A stretch of 36,531 nt of DNA, from positions 1-36,531 of the forward strand of contig JAUCBJ010000401.1 in NCBI GenBank assembly GCA_032718475.1, in the 5' to 3' direction. This document shows positions 1-12,470 of this stretch, piece by piece. Each line of letters opens with the position of its first letter. The stretch's first letter is position 1. This DNA comes from Nemertoderma westbladi (lineage: Eukaryota; Animalia; Xenacoelomorpha). The notes under the pieces were generated by a model. The model saw nothing but the letters and a program-made list of their open reading frames with translations. It made no database searches and was not told where the DNA came from. Position numbers and translations under genes: made by a program.

Positions 1-94
1 ATCTCTCAAAACCTGATTTTGTGATACAGTCGCACAATTTTAATTTGTATCTCATAACTGGGCCTCGTGCTGCGCGAAGGCCCCACGAACGTGT
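1..94 (-). repeat. Dispersed repeat end with GC hairpin; inverted copy of 10509-10602
   Basis: Reverse complement matches 10509-10602 with few mismatches (acacgttcgtggggccttcgcgcagcacgaggcccagttatg...). Confidence 0.9.
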
Positions 95-777
95 ATTACC
101 TTGAACCGCATTTTTCCTCAGACTGATTTCCCTTTCGAATGCGGAAAATATTCAGGTTGTTCCCTCACTAGAATTTATTTTAAAACATACCCTTTCATGT
201 ACCCATGAGTCTGAAATTTGTAGATTGACTGTATGTATTATGATATGAATTATAATTATTAATTATCATACATACAAATAAATAAGTAATAAGAAAGTGG
301 CCGTGATGGTTATAGATTGTATTATTAACTTCAGATTCATTCTAACTGAACATGCCCGATCTTAGTGGCTGCAAGCAAACCATGTGGTATATGTGAACAG
401 CTATCGGAATGATTACAGGGCTGATGTTCAACCTGGAAGTCACCAGTTCGACCCCACTGGAATGCAGATTCTTCTAACATGTTCCCAACGAAAATTCAAT
501 AATTAATTAGAGAAAGGGCAATAAGATTTATCATGTGACTTTCAGGTAAACTGAAATATATATAATCATAAATATATGGAATACTAATTTTAACATTTTA
601 ATGAATAATAAATAGGCAAATGTAATAAATAGTCAATCAGTGACAATAAATAAACCAACTCTTGTGTTGAACAATGAAATTATAGACTGACAACTTCAGT
701 TTGCCATCACCTCCTAATTCAGTTCTGAATTTCATTTTGGATTCAGCTTTCATTCAGTTTGGATTTCAGTTTTTTGT

Positions 778-2393
778 AGTTTTTAGTGTACCGATAAGTG
801 GTTGTTGGTATTTCCCTCAATAGTTTTTAGTGTACCGATAAGTGGTTGTTGGTATTTCCCTCAATAGTTTTTAGTGTACCGATAAGTGGTTGTTGGTATT
901 TCCCTCAATAGTTTTTAGTGTACCGATAAGTGGTTGTTGGTATTTCCCTCAATAGTTTTTAGTGTACCGATAAGTGGTTGTTGGTATTTCCCTCAATAGT
1001 TTTTAGTTGTACCGATAAGTGGTTGTTGGTATTTCCCTCAATAGAGTGTTTAGTGTACCGATAAGTGGTTGTTGGTATTTCCCTCAATAGTTTTTAGTGT
1101 ACCGATAAGTGGTTGTTGGTATTTCCCTCAATAGTTTTTAGTGTACCGATAAGTGGTTGTTGGTATTTCCCTCAATAGTTTTTAGTGTACCGATAAGTGG
1201 TTGCTGGTATTTCCCTCAATAGTTTTTAGTGTACCGATAAGTGGTTGTTGGTATTTCCCTCAATAGTTTTTAGTGTACCGATAAGTGGTTGTTGGTATTT
1301 CCCTCAATAGTTTTTAGTGTACCGATAAGTGGTTGTTGGTATTTCCCTCAATAGTTTTTAGTGTACCGATAAGTGGTTGTTGGTATTTCCCTCAATAGAG
1401 TGTTTAGTGTACCGATAAGTGGTTGTTGGTATTTCCCTCAATAGTTTTTAGTGTACCGATAAGTGGTTGTTGGTATTTCCCTCAATAGTTTTTAGTGTAC
1501 CGATAAGTGGTTGTTGGTATTTCCCTCAATAGTTTTTAGTGTACCGATAAGTGGTTGTTGGTATTTCCCTCAATAGTTTTTAGTGTACCGATAAGTGGTT
1601 GTTGGTATTTCCCTCAATAGTTTTTAGTGTACCGATAAGTGGTTGCTGGTATTTCCCTCAATAGTTTTTAGTGTACCGATAAGTGGTTGTTGGTATTTCC
1701 CTCAATAGTTTTTAGTGTACCGATAAGTGGTTGCTGGTATTTCCCTCAATAGAGTGTTTAGTGTACCGATAAGTGGTTGTTGGTATTTCCCTCAATAGTT
1801 TTTAGTGTACCGATAAGTGGTTGTTGGTATTTCCCTCAATAGTTTTTAGTGTACCGATAAGTGGTTGTTGGTATTTCCCTCAATAGTTTTTAGTGTACCG
1901 ATAAGTGGTTGCTGGTATTTCCCTCAATAGTTTTTAGTGTACCGATAAGTGGTTGTTGGTATTTCCCTCAATAGTTTTTAGTGTACCGATAAGTGGTTGC
2001 TGGTATTTCCCTCAATAGAGTGTTTAGTGTACCGATAAGTGGTTGTTGGTATTTCCCTCAATAGTTTTTAGTGTACCGATAAGTGGTTGTTGGTATTTCC
2101 CTCAATAGTTTTTAGTGTACCGATAAGTGGTTGTTGGTATTTCCCTCAATAGTTTTTAGTGTACCGATAAGTGGTTGTTGGTATTTCCCTCAATAGTTTT
2201 TAGTGTACCGATAAGTGGTTGTTGGTATTTCCCTCAATAGTTTTTAGTGTACCGATAAGTGGTTGCTAGTATTTCCCTCAATAGTTTTTAGTGTACCGAT
2301 AAGTGGTTGTTGGTATTTCCCTCAATAGTTTTTAGTGTACCGATAAGTGGTTGCTGGTATTTCCCTCAATAGTTTTTAGTGTACCGATAAGTG
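778..2393. repeat. 44-bp tandem satellite, about 36-37 copies (tagtttttagtgtaccgataagtggttgttggtatttccctcaa)
   Basis: Near-identical head-to-tail units (e.g. starts at 821, 865). Minor variants gctgg and +2-nt agagtgttta. No unique spacers. Confidence 0.98.
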
Positions 2394-3452
2394 AAGTTTC
2401 CATTTCTATTTGCCAAATAATTTAATTAACTTAATTTGAAGGTCCGGGAGGAACCAAAACCAAATTAATTTAAATAATAATAAGTATCAGCTATCGGAAC
2501 AAGACCTACAGCGGTACCTGTATTATCCAGCTACCTACTACTGCGGCACCAAAACAAATAGGAAACAATAAACAATCGTTATGAGGCAATTTGAAATAAT
2601 TTTGTGATCTAATAGAATTTAATAGCTGAGTAAATCTTGCTGTTAATGTATTAATGTGTATTACTCTCCACTCTCCGCAGTGACTCAAATATTTTCGGTG
2701 TATTACTGTATAAAGTACAATGTTGTTTATTCAGGAAAAAGTTTTATAAATTTGGGGATCAGCGATCATTTTATAAATTTATCCTAGTAAATGACGGAAC
2801 CAAACGAATTAAAATCATAACAATTATCCAGTAATCAGGAATCATAAACAATAATCAATTATATTAATAAGTGTCGGGGGGGGGGGGGGACTTGACCAGA
2901 CCATTGACCAAAACATTAAACCAAGCTCGGTACGCCTTCAGCAATTAGCAACAAAACTGAGTCAATGGCGCAAAATGACCGCAAACACAAAATAAATTTT
3001 AGTGGGTTTGAAAAATTAACTAAATTTAATTAAAAACGGAAAGGAGCAGGTTACAGAGGCTGTGTTTTCTAACCAAAACAATAAACTATCATTATTTCAC
3101 TTCCGGCCAATGTGCGCCACTATCTGAAAAAAACGACATAGGCTATTACAGATGAAGGTTCAACATTCTATAAAGTGAAGAACTGATCCCCAAACCGATC
3201 CCTTTATCGTCTCCACATTCGGGGCCCCAATATTCCCAAACCTATTACAGATTGCTAACAGTTCGACTGAATGGAAGGTCAAAATCCAAAGGGAAACCAA
3301 ATCCATGTTGTTTATAATTAGAAACTGTATCTTCCCTAGTCCCTCACCCTTACGCTTATATCCAACCAGTGAACCAGACCCATATCGCACCACAAGTATA
3401 TCTCAAGGTAGAAGTTAACCCAGCAGTATAAGTTTAAGTATCGGTTGCTACG

Positions 3453-4502
3453 TCACCCGATACTCCCGGCTATGATAGCGCTAACAGCTGGCTCGGTGCT
3501 CCTCACCGTTATCTGCATGGTGACGCCGTCCGACAGGGCCAACTTGGCCCTCATCATCACGTCGACACCGCCCCGGAACTGGCCGGCCAATAGGAGAGTG
3601 TGGGAGGAGCGACCTTCGGGCACCTTATCCGTCCGCTCGCACGGCTGCATCCCGAGGAAGCTAACGATGTTCTTAACCGCCTCGGTTAAACTCTTTACGT
3701 GACCGATAACGTAGGTGTCCTCGCACTCGTTCCGCTCGCCCAGCTGCTCCCACGCGCCCAGGAAGTGGGGCTTCGTCGCGCGCTGCATGTGGTCGTAGAT
3801 CCCGAGGAAGACGTCGTCGAGCGGGTACTCGTCGTTGTAACCGTCGTCGTCGGGCTCCCCCGTGGTCGGATCGCAGTCCCGAACGAGGAACTTCAGGGTG
3901 CACGTGAAGGTGGCGGTGAACTCGCTCTCGGAGATCGCGAGGATCGTGTAGGTACTCGCGGGTTTGTTGTACGAGAGAACCGGACAGGCGACGACCCCGA
4001 GGACACGCCAACCTTCTTCCTCTGTGTCAACCGCTACGGTAACATTCTCCAGCATTTGATCGTTTAGGGTGTTGGTGCAGTCGAACTGCAGCACCACGTG
4101 CTGCTTGTAGGTGTGTTTAACGCACTGCACCGTGTACTCGGTCTCCGCCTCGGTCAGCTGACTCCGCTCCGAGCTCTTAAACAGCGGGCCCAACCCCGAG
4201 AGGCCGGGGACCCCCGCCAGCTGCTCGGCGTAGACGTCCTGCTGGGTGGCCACCACCTGGGCCTCCGATCCCCCGGCCGCGGGTACAGCCCCGGGCGCCG
4301 GCGCCGCGGGTTCGCGGGTCTCCACCGCTATGGGGACGGTCCGCATATCGAAGGGTTTGTCTCCCGGCTCCAGTGTGTACGCGTGCAGCGCCCGTTCCAA
4401 CCCGACTATAGAGACGTTCAGACTCCCCAGTATAATCTGGTTGTACAGACTCGGGTTGTCCTTGTTGAGGATGTTGTAATAGGTTGTCGCTCTGTCCCTC
4501 AC
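3453..4502 (-). CDS. COPG: COPG coding exon 3 (appendage/platform domains)
   Basis: Acceptor TTACAG|GTG at 4503; VRDRATTY...IIAGSIG; TGA at 3455-3453. Confidence 0.94.
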   Translation of the reverse strand: MRDRATTYYNILNKDNPSLYNQIILGSLNVSIVGLERALHAYTLEPGDKPFDMRTVPIAVETREPAAPAPGAVPAAGGSEAQVVATQQDVYAEQLAGVPGLSGLGPLFKSSERSQLTEAETEYTVQCVKHTYKQHVVLQFDCTNTLNDQMLENVTVAVDTEEEGWRVLGVVACPVLSYNKPASTYTILAISESEFTATFTCTLKFLVRDCDPTTGEPDDDGYNDEYPLDDVFLGIYDHMQRATKPHFLGAWEQLGERNECEDTYVIGHVKSLTEAVKNIVSFLGMQPCERTDKVPEGRSSHTLLLAGQFRGGVDVMMRAKLALSDGVTMQITVRSTEPAVSAIIAGSIG

Positions 4503-7376
4503 CTGTAATTAGACATCACATGAATGAAACCATTAGATATAATTATAATAACCAGCTCTCATCTTCTACTTTCGCCTCCTTTTACACAAACGTTTTATTT
4601 GATTTTATTAAGTGCCAGTACCATGGCTTTATTCAATAAATATATTTATAATGATTTTAAAGACTTTGCTAATTAACACCGGTTTGCATTAATTGCTGCC
4701 ATATATATTTTGGTTTTGTAATAAATTTCTGCTATTTTAAAATGAATGAGTTACATGAAAACATTGCAAGTAAAACTATAAAGGCAATGAGTTGGTTGTT
4801 ATAAGGAAATACGTCACTGGAACAACTTTGGCACATTATTCATAAAAAAAAAAAAAAAAAAACATCATTCATTGACGTTATCGTAAAGATAATAAGAACA
4901 TTTTACAACTGTGGCGCGGGTCTTAGTTAATAAAAACATCCTGGAACACAACTTATCGAAATTCGTATTGGTTTTGCATATTATAATACTGTAATCGGCC
5001 TGCTGCATTGAAACTGCACATTGATATGCCGGCTTAACAAAAACATTTAGTCACCACCATGCAATCCACAATTGGTATACTGATACTCCAATGCTCCAGC
5101 ATTAAGAATGCTACGCCGGCTTAATATATAATTTGCATATTATAGTCAATATATGTATTCAGATTAAAATAACTAATTAATTCCATGAAGCTCCAATAGA
5201 ATACAACCGGAATAACAGTAACCTTATGTAATCTAATGAAATATAAAGGAAAATAAATACTTTTTAACTTTTAGAGTAAAAAGAGATATAAACATAAACA
5301 ACAATTCAATTAACTTACAATAGTGTAAGAAATCGAAGTTTACGAATTCGTAATTATATAAACTCTAATTCTAATATACTATTGTAAAGCAATAGAAAAT
5401 AAATAATAAAGTAAGTAAAGTAACAATAAAGTAAGTCCGTGATAAGTAAAACAGGTAGAGTAAGTCAGTTGGCAATAATCGCGTATAAAATTAAAAAGAT
5501 AAGTTATTAAAATTAAATAATAATTATGACTATGAGATCGGATTACCTCGTCGTCCTGATCCAACATGGAGCGAGACAGGAGCACCAGTATACTGGGGCG
5601 CAACTCCTCGCAATGCGCGCCGAAGCGCGCCAACGCAGCCACAGCGGCGGCGCGGACCGCGGCGTTCTCCAGGATGACGCGGTTGTAGATGAACCGGATG
5701 TACCGGGAGGGTTGGCTCGTCTTGGGGCCCTCGCGCCCGAGGATGTGCAGCACCTTGGTGGACAACGTCGTGTGCTCGCAATCCTCTATGAACTCGCAGA
5801 GATGGGCCAACGCGACGTCCTTGGCGTCCGGGTTGTCCTCTATGATGGTTATCATGGTGTCTACGATCGCTCTCTTGTACTCAAATCCGCCTTCTTCCCG
5901 CAACATCGAGGCCAGAAAGTTCATTAAAACGGCGTGTTTCTTCGGGAATTTAATACACAAAGATTGAATCGATTGAACAACGACGACTTTAAACTCATCC
6001 GATAAATCCGCCATGAAACTCGTGATCTGTTTCATCAACCTGTCAATGGATCCTTCGCTCCCGGTTTTTAGTAGCGTGGTGATGGCCAGCGTGGCGATAC
6101 TACGGTTGCTATCCGTGATTAGGTTCTCCAGGTCTAGGTTGCACGCGGTAACCGCCGCAGGGTGACTCATGGCTACTTTGTTGAGCGTGCGAACCGCGGC
6201 GAATCTCAGCGTTGGTTTCGGTGAGCTGCAGAACAGCTGAAGGACGGACACCGCCGGCGCCAGCTCCTTACCCGTCACTCGCGGCATGTTGACGATGGCG
6301 TGTGCGGCCTCATAGATTACCATCTCGTTCTTGTGACGGAGACACGACTCGATGTATTCGAACAGAGTGGAATTGCGATCGCCATCGTCGTCTTGCAATA
6401 CCTAAACAATACGAATAGGTGGAATTGTATAATAATTGTTAATGTCGATTTTTATTTAATTTCAAGTTTTACGACGTAAAGTAGTTTATTGTTTAAGAGG
6501 ATGTCACATCATTCACAAGTCACAATAGATACCAAAAAATTTGTTATAAATACCAAAATAACTGGTGAATTTTTAGCGATATTTTTAATATAATATTTTA
6601 TTACACTCTAATTACAACTACCGGTATTGCTTATAATTAAATAGATAAACCTTGAAGGCGATGCGAATGAGAAGACAGCAGGCGTGGGGACTCCGTACTT
6701 GGTGGCGGTGGGACAACTTTGTGGCGAGCTTAGAGACGGCGAGGCGATCCGAACCCCGGATGTGATAGATCAAACCGAGAGCGTGGTACTGAACCATGTA
6801 GTTATCGGAGTTGACAGCCTCCTGGGCCTCGTTGATCCAACGTTTAACCAGATCGGGGTTGGTCTGGGCCAGCTGCAACGCCGACGATATAGCTGAACTA
6901 GCGACACCCGCGTTCTTATCCACTATGGATTGCTTCATATAGCGTTCGATGGATTGTACCATGGATGCGTCAGTGATCCGACAAAGAGCTCGAATTGCAG
7001 GACCTCGGAAACTATCTTCCTTTCCAGTCATGTCCTTGGTCAAACTGCTGGTGACAATGATGACATCCTCGGATATGTTGGCCATCTCCTTGATGGCTAG
7101 GTATACCATTCGACGTAGAGTTATATCCTTGCTTTGGAAGAGCTTAGTCATTGCAAAGAAGGCCTCGGTAGCTTCGGTTGTTCCTATCTTCTCGCCTTGG
7201 TTGATCATGTACAGTATCTTTGTAAGAGTGTTGCAGCATCGCTTTGGATTTATTGGGGTTTCATTGAATGTTCGCGCTTCCTGTAGGACCGAACTCTTTT
7301 CCATGTTCTGAAAAGGATTCCCACCAGACTCTTCATTTTTATCTTTGTCCTTTCTTGCCATTGGAAGAATATTCAT
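3453..7376 (-). CDS. COPG: Coatomer subunit gamma (gamma-COP); join(7376..6651, 6401..5547, 4502..3453), about 876 aa
   Basis: Three ORFs give contiguous gamma-COP sequence ([25 protein letters not shown]..., [17 protein letters not shown]..., [16 protein letters not shown]..., [13 protein letters not shown]). Both introns are GT-AG and phase 0, and splicing restores the frame. Alternative ATG at 7361. Confidence 0.97.
5547..6401 (-). CDS. COPG: COPG coding exon 2
   Basis: Acceptor TGTTTAG|GTA at 6402; VLQDDDG...DQDDE; donor GAG|GTAATC at 5546. Confidence 0.93.
6651..7376 (-). CDS. COPG: COPG coding exon 1 (N-terminal adaptin-like trunk)
   Basis: [12 protein letters not shown]...RIAFK; donor AAG|GTTTAT at 6650. 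Confidence 0.93.
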
Positions 7377-7703
7377 TGTGAATGGTAGAATTGTGCGTTA
7401 TGGTCTATGGACAGAGCCAGGCAAAATATGTAGATCTAATTTCTAATTAATTAATCAATCTAAGGTCTAATTTAGAAAAGGTTTGCACATAATTTGAGCA
7501 AAATCCATGCACAGTAAACGCTCAACTTCAGGGTGTTTGAGCTACCTCTAAATATATATCATATGTGCTCAAATTGTACTCAAGGTGTTTTTTATCAGAA
7601 GAAAGGACTTGGGGGGGGGGGGGGGGGGTCAGAGGAGAATTTCCACAACTTTTAAATTATACATTGAAATAAGTACCACCCTAATGCACACACTGCTGCA
7701 CTG

Positions 7704-7865
7704 AAAAGTTATTGCAACTTTAGTGTCTACAAGACGAATGCCAAAACGGAACTCAAAATCCAATATTGGTTTAGGGGGCCTATGTCAGTATGTACTGTAG
7801 TTAAGCGGCTCTCTAGTTACTGAGCAGCTGAGTTAGGTAATAAATATTCGAGAACACTAATTATT
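7704..7865. repeat. Dispersed repeat fragment, inverted relative of about 36305-36435
   Basis: aaaagttattgcaactttagtgtc...ccaatattggttta...gcggctctctagttac...taataaatattcgagaaca is the reverse complement of the 36.3-36.4 kb segment. Confidence 0.85.
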
Positions 7866-7876
7866 TAACATTGAGC

Positions 7877-8050
7877 AAGGCAGCATCAGGTGTTGAATAG
7901 TACAATAATTGGAATCGCAGTAACGATTGAAGCAATATAGTAAATATATAGCAAATTTTCGGTATACCATTGTGGCTGCCGGACTAGAAGGCAGCATCAG
8001 GCTGTCAGGCTTCAGGAGTTGAATAGTACAATAATTAGAATCGCAGTAAC
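7877..8050. repeat. Short local direct duplication (2 copies, about 50 bp)
   Basis: aaggcagcatcagg...gttgaatagtacaataattRgaatcgcagtaac occurs at about 7877 and about 7988. Confidence 0.75.
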
Positions 8051-8490
8051 TATGGAAGCTATATACTGACAAAGAAAGCCTACAATAAAGTTATCAGGTT
8101 ATTTACATGTACAGATATACCGGTACTTAGACTTACAGACTTAGCCAACTATCGCATCGTGATTAGGCCGAAGTCTTTGGCTTGTGAAATACAAAAAAGT
8201 CAAAAAGACTTAAAAGTCAAAGTTAAAACATTCCTCTAGTACAACTAAATCGACCGTTGTGGTTCCAATCCAATGAAACCAAAACGAGTCACAAAGCGAA
8301 AGCACCACACCACCACTAAACTAATGGGGTATTTTTATACCCCATCTTACCTAATCTAACTAAGTTGTTTTCAAATTAAGGGGCCATAACATTTTTCATA
8401 AACAAAATTTTATAGGTTTGACCCACACAATCGGTACCGTAGATTACATGTTTTTTGGAAGATACTACACAGTACTATGAAGCTGGGGTC

Positions 8491-9474
8491 CGACGAATTT
8501 GTACAAAAAAGTACAAAAAAATACAAAATAGTACAATATAGTACAAAAGAATACAAAAGAGTACAATAAAGTGCAAAAATAGTACAAAAGAGTGCAAAAA
8601 TAGTACAAAAGAGTACAAACGAGTGAGAAACGCTTGCAAAACGTGTATCCAAGTGTAGTTCAAATCATTTAGAGGGGCGCACGCGCACATGATGTGCAAA
8701 ATAAAACAAAGCATTGTCGGATTGTGGAGCGAGCCATGCATTGAACGGGGGCTGATCACCTGATCTAGATGTCTAGCAGTCAGAGAGTAGGCCCCTATTA
8801 CAATCAATCTTATGAGTTTTAATGCAGCCTTTTGTGTTCAAAAAACGCAAAAAAACGGACCCAAGCCCGCAAAATCGCAGATGGAGAACTCAATAAAGTT
8901 GCAGATAGAGGCGTACCCGTATATCTGTACATACAGACATACATAGCCTACATAATGTAGCATACAGTCTATCCTTCAGTCCTTCAGTATATGGGCTACT
9001 TTAAGACTATGACAGTATGACCTAAATTTTGAATCTCAGTCTGTCAGTTATAGGAGTTTTATCTACCCACTGCATAGTATTGCATTATAATGTATTATAC
9101 AAACTGTCAGACTATAGCCTATTTCTACTTGTAACTGTAAGCCAGTCAAAATCTACATGAATCAAAGTTCTGTCAATCATTTCATACTGACCACAGAACC
9201 AAGGCCGCTAGTCTGCTAGTGATTGACACTGTAGCGGCGCATATTTCGGTCCCATTGCATTTTCTTACAATTAATTATATTTATATACAAGTGTAGTGTA
9301 GTGTAGACTACACTGGTATACACGTTTTGTATGCGTTTCTCTGTTTCTCACTCGTTTTTACTCTTTTGTACTATTTGTGCACTCTTTTGTACTATTTTTG
9401 CACTTTATTCCTACTCTTTTGTACTATATTGTACTATTTTGTACTTCTTTGTACTTTTTTGTACAGATTCGTCG
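8491..9474. mobile_element. Foldback-like element: about 165-bp inverted arms built of about 10-bp subrepeats around a 650-bp loop
   Basis: Arm 8491-8660 (cgacgaatttgtacaaaaaagtacaaaa...) is the reverse complement of arm 9307-9474 (...ttttgtacagattcgtcg). Subrepeat agtacaaaag. No TSD seen. Confidence 0.75.
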
Positions 9475-10067
9475 TCGGTACAGTACTGCAGTAGGCAGTA
9501 GGGTAGAGTGAAAAAATTTTTTTTCTTTATTTTTAAGGGAAGCACTAGGCCCTATTTTTCTCATGCCAAACTGCCAAATCGGTCTAAACTAACTTTGCAA
9601 AAAAAAAATTTGTTTTCATAAAATTCTAAGCGGGCCTCACGAAACTTGAAAATTTCAAATTTTTGGGAAGGCAATGCCAGTTTTGAAAATCCCCGATTTT
9701 TTGTATTTTTTATAAAAGTTAAGGAAGATGCAAATACAGTCTGACAGTACCGTAGGCCTATATAATGCTGTAATGTCAAATAGGTTGGAAACAAACACAA
9801 AATGTGAAATTGTGATTTTTATATAAATCTACCCCAGCCCAGGCCCAGCCTCATGCCTCATGGCCTTTAAAATTTTGCAAAATTTCACCCCAAAAATACA
9901 GCATTCCTACATATTCTAAATATGTACCGTAATTCAGCATACATATTCTAAATGTTGAACAGTTAAAGTGCAGATTAAGACAGCAAGAGGGCCACATTTA
10001 GGTCCTGCCTACAGAGATACTGTCAGACTGTAGTGAAGTGGCATGCTAGCAGCGGGGATGCAAGATA

Positions 10068-10068
<1 letters not shown>

Positions 10069-10098
<30 letters not shown>
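10069..10098. repeat. (TAT)n microsatellite
   Basis: About 10 consecutive TAT units. Confidence 0.9.
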
Positions 10099-10100
<2 letters not shown>

Positions 10101-10502
10101 ACCCATAGTCAAAAATTGCACATATGAAATTTATTTCAAATAAAATAGATCATTAGATAAAAATATATACAGTAAGTAGTGGGGGAGGAGACTAACCAGG
10201 CCCGTGCACTTACGGTTAGCCATTCCATTATTTAACCCATCACACATGATTTTTTAGTCAGTTCGGTTTTCTGGTATTAATGGTATCCTTAATAGTAAAT
10301 ACCGCAACATCTGCACTTCAACTGTCAACATTTAGCAGATGAAAATGATCTAACACTAACAATACTGTAATAATACCAGAATACAGCAAAACTGGTAGGC
10401 CTACTACTGGCAGACTGGCTAACCAGTAAAACAAGGATATTGCTGAACTGTATGCTGATTGATTTCTTCTTTCACCTAGTATTACTGTATTAGCAGCATA
10501 TC

Positions 10503-12258
10503 AAGCAAACACGTTCGTGGGGCCTTCGCGCAGCACGAGGCCCAGTTATGTGATACAAATTAAAACTGAGCGACTGTATCACAAAATCAGTATTTGAGAA
10601 ATTTACCCACACTACCAATCAATTAAAGAAAGGGGTACAGTACGTGTTCAGCCCTTTTATTCTGCACCCCCCCCCCCCCCCCCACCCTTCCCACCCACCA
10701 ATACATAACCGCGACATCTACCACCCACGGAAGGGTAGCATGAACTTATTTCCAATCGCACGTTCAATATGCAAAGCCAGGTGGTTTATAGGAATATAAT
10801 AAACGCAGTACTCGTATTCATTATAAGCCTCGTTGCGTTCGTCATGTTTTGAATTTAAATATATTTCTTAAACGCAGGCTAGGACAATCTTTATAATAAT
10901 AATAACTAGGGATGCGATCAATGTGTGAAGCCAGGTGGTTTATATAATAATATAGTAAACGCAGTACTCGTCTTTTTTATAAGCCTCGTTGTGCTCGTCC
11001 TGTTTTGTATTGAAATATATTTCCTAAACGCAGACTGACGATCTTTATAACTACCGATGCGTTCAATAGGCGCAGCCATCGCAGGTATGGTTTATAGGAA
11101 TATAGTCTACGCAGTACTCGTCTTCATTATATGCCTCATTGCGCTCGTCGCTCGTCTTGTGTTGTCATAAAATATTTTTCCTAAACGCAGACTGACGACC
11201 TTTATACAGTTATAACTATGCGAAGTTTCGAAACTGTGCGAGTAACTGCTGATACATCTATGTGGAGATGTGTGATACAACGCCAACGCATCGTATGCCG
11301 ATGTAGTAATATGGGTATTGAAATAATATTAAATCAATGTACACTCTTAAAGCTGCAGCGAAAAATTGTAGCTAATTTCCTTGGTTACATATAAAATAAT
11401 AAAATTATTTTTAAGAACATTAATTTTACTACTTTACAAAAATTCAATTAAAAAATAACCAGACATATACATTGTGGAATAAACTATTTCAGAAGCCTAC
11501 AACAGCCATGCCATGGATTGTATTTATGTTATTATATCTGTCATTTACCTGAGATAGCAATAGTAGTAGTAGTCGAACGGTTATGCGGCCCGTCCAGCCT
11601 ATAATAAACACAATTCAGTGATTGGGCTGGAATAGCAATACTGGTTGCCTATTACAATTCCTCTCTGGTTAGTCTACACCACAACTCCCAGCCAGCTAGC
11701 TCCACACCAGCAGAGACTTGACTAATAATTATTCCCAGCAACTGGCTGCCTTACACACACATCCTTCCATCTATGTACCAGCATGTTGGCCAATAAATGA
11801 GCAGTATTTAATGAGAATCTATTTTGTATGCCGTTTTAATTACTTTAGATCTATTAAAGACACAATTATTAAAGCAAATTACTTGAACTAATTAAAAACT
11901 ATAATAGAATGGCGTATGTGGATTACATCTGTATAATTTTTAAGTATAATTATTTAAATCTTATACTGTAAAACAATTAATTTCCTTTAAAAGGCAGGTT
12001 GAAAATGGTGTTTTTACCGTAATCAACTTAATTAACTAATTAACTGCTATTATGTTAGCTTCTCGAAGGCCACACGGAAATTCAACTTGGAAAATTTCTA
12101 AACTTTTGCCAAACAACATGTGTACCAAGTTTGGATAGATTTCATCGAAGATTGGCCGAGTTATTAACGTTTAAAATTGAACGCTACAGAACGACAGAAC
12201 GACAGGTTGATTAAGGGTACCACTACGCTAAGGCTCACTCACTTCGTGGCTCGCCCCA
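10503..12258 (+). mobile_element. Putative Helentron/DINE-1-like non-autonomous element (possibly composite)
   Basis: 5' GC hairpin shared with 1-94; internal tandem repeats; tgtgtaccaagtttgg...acagaacgacagaacgacag microsatellite-like block; terminal gctcac...cgtggctcgcccc motif also seen at about 35258-35283. Confidence 0.4.
10757..11215. repeat. Three diverged tandem copies of a 145-155-bp unit
   Basis: ggtttataggaatata...acgcagtactcgt...ataagcctcgttgcg...taaacgcag...ctttata repeated 3 times. Confidence 0.9.
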
Positions 12259-12259
12259 C

Positions 12260-12470
12260 AGTCAAGGCGACCTGAAGGCTCCGCTTTTGATAGCTGCTAC
12301 CCGAGGGTAGGGGTGGGCGCTACTCCTATCCCAAGATTTGCTGCCAAGATTTGTTATTTAAACTGGTACTCATTTTATCGAACCAGTAGGAGCTGAGTAG
12401 ACCATGGTGGGGCTGAACCTACAACCAATCGATTGCAGGCCTGGTGCTCAGCCAACTAAGCTATCCCGCC
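12260..12470 (-). mobile_element. tRNA-derived SINE
   Basis: Minus strand starts GGCGGGATAGCTTAGTTGG (A box), then GGTTCAGCCCC (B-box-like), then an ACTCAGC...CGATAAAATGAGTACCAG core-like block; no intact cloverleaf. Confidence 0.7.

Noticed and set aside
395-475. B-box-like gttcgacccc as a tRNA or SINE
   Set aside because: No convincing A box or cloverleaf; too degenerate to call
778-2393. CRISPR-like appearance of the 44-bp (and 28-bp) arrays
   Set aside because: No unique spacers, no cas genes, eukaryotic context; these are plain satellites
5379-5546. Hydrophobic tail of the 339-aa ORF as a TM segment
   Set aside because: It is read-through into the AT-rich intron after the donor at 5546
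3445-7311. Plus-strand and alternate-frame ORFs overlapping COPG
   Set aside because: Shadow ORFs of GC-rich coding exons with no recognisable motifs
8410-8807. Hydrophobic F/C/L-rich ORFs
   Set aside because: Translation of the subrepeats of the foldback arm
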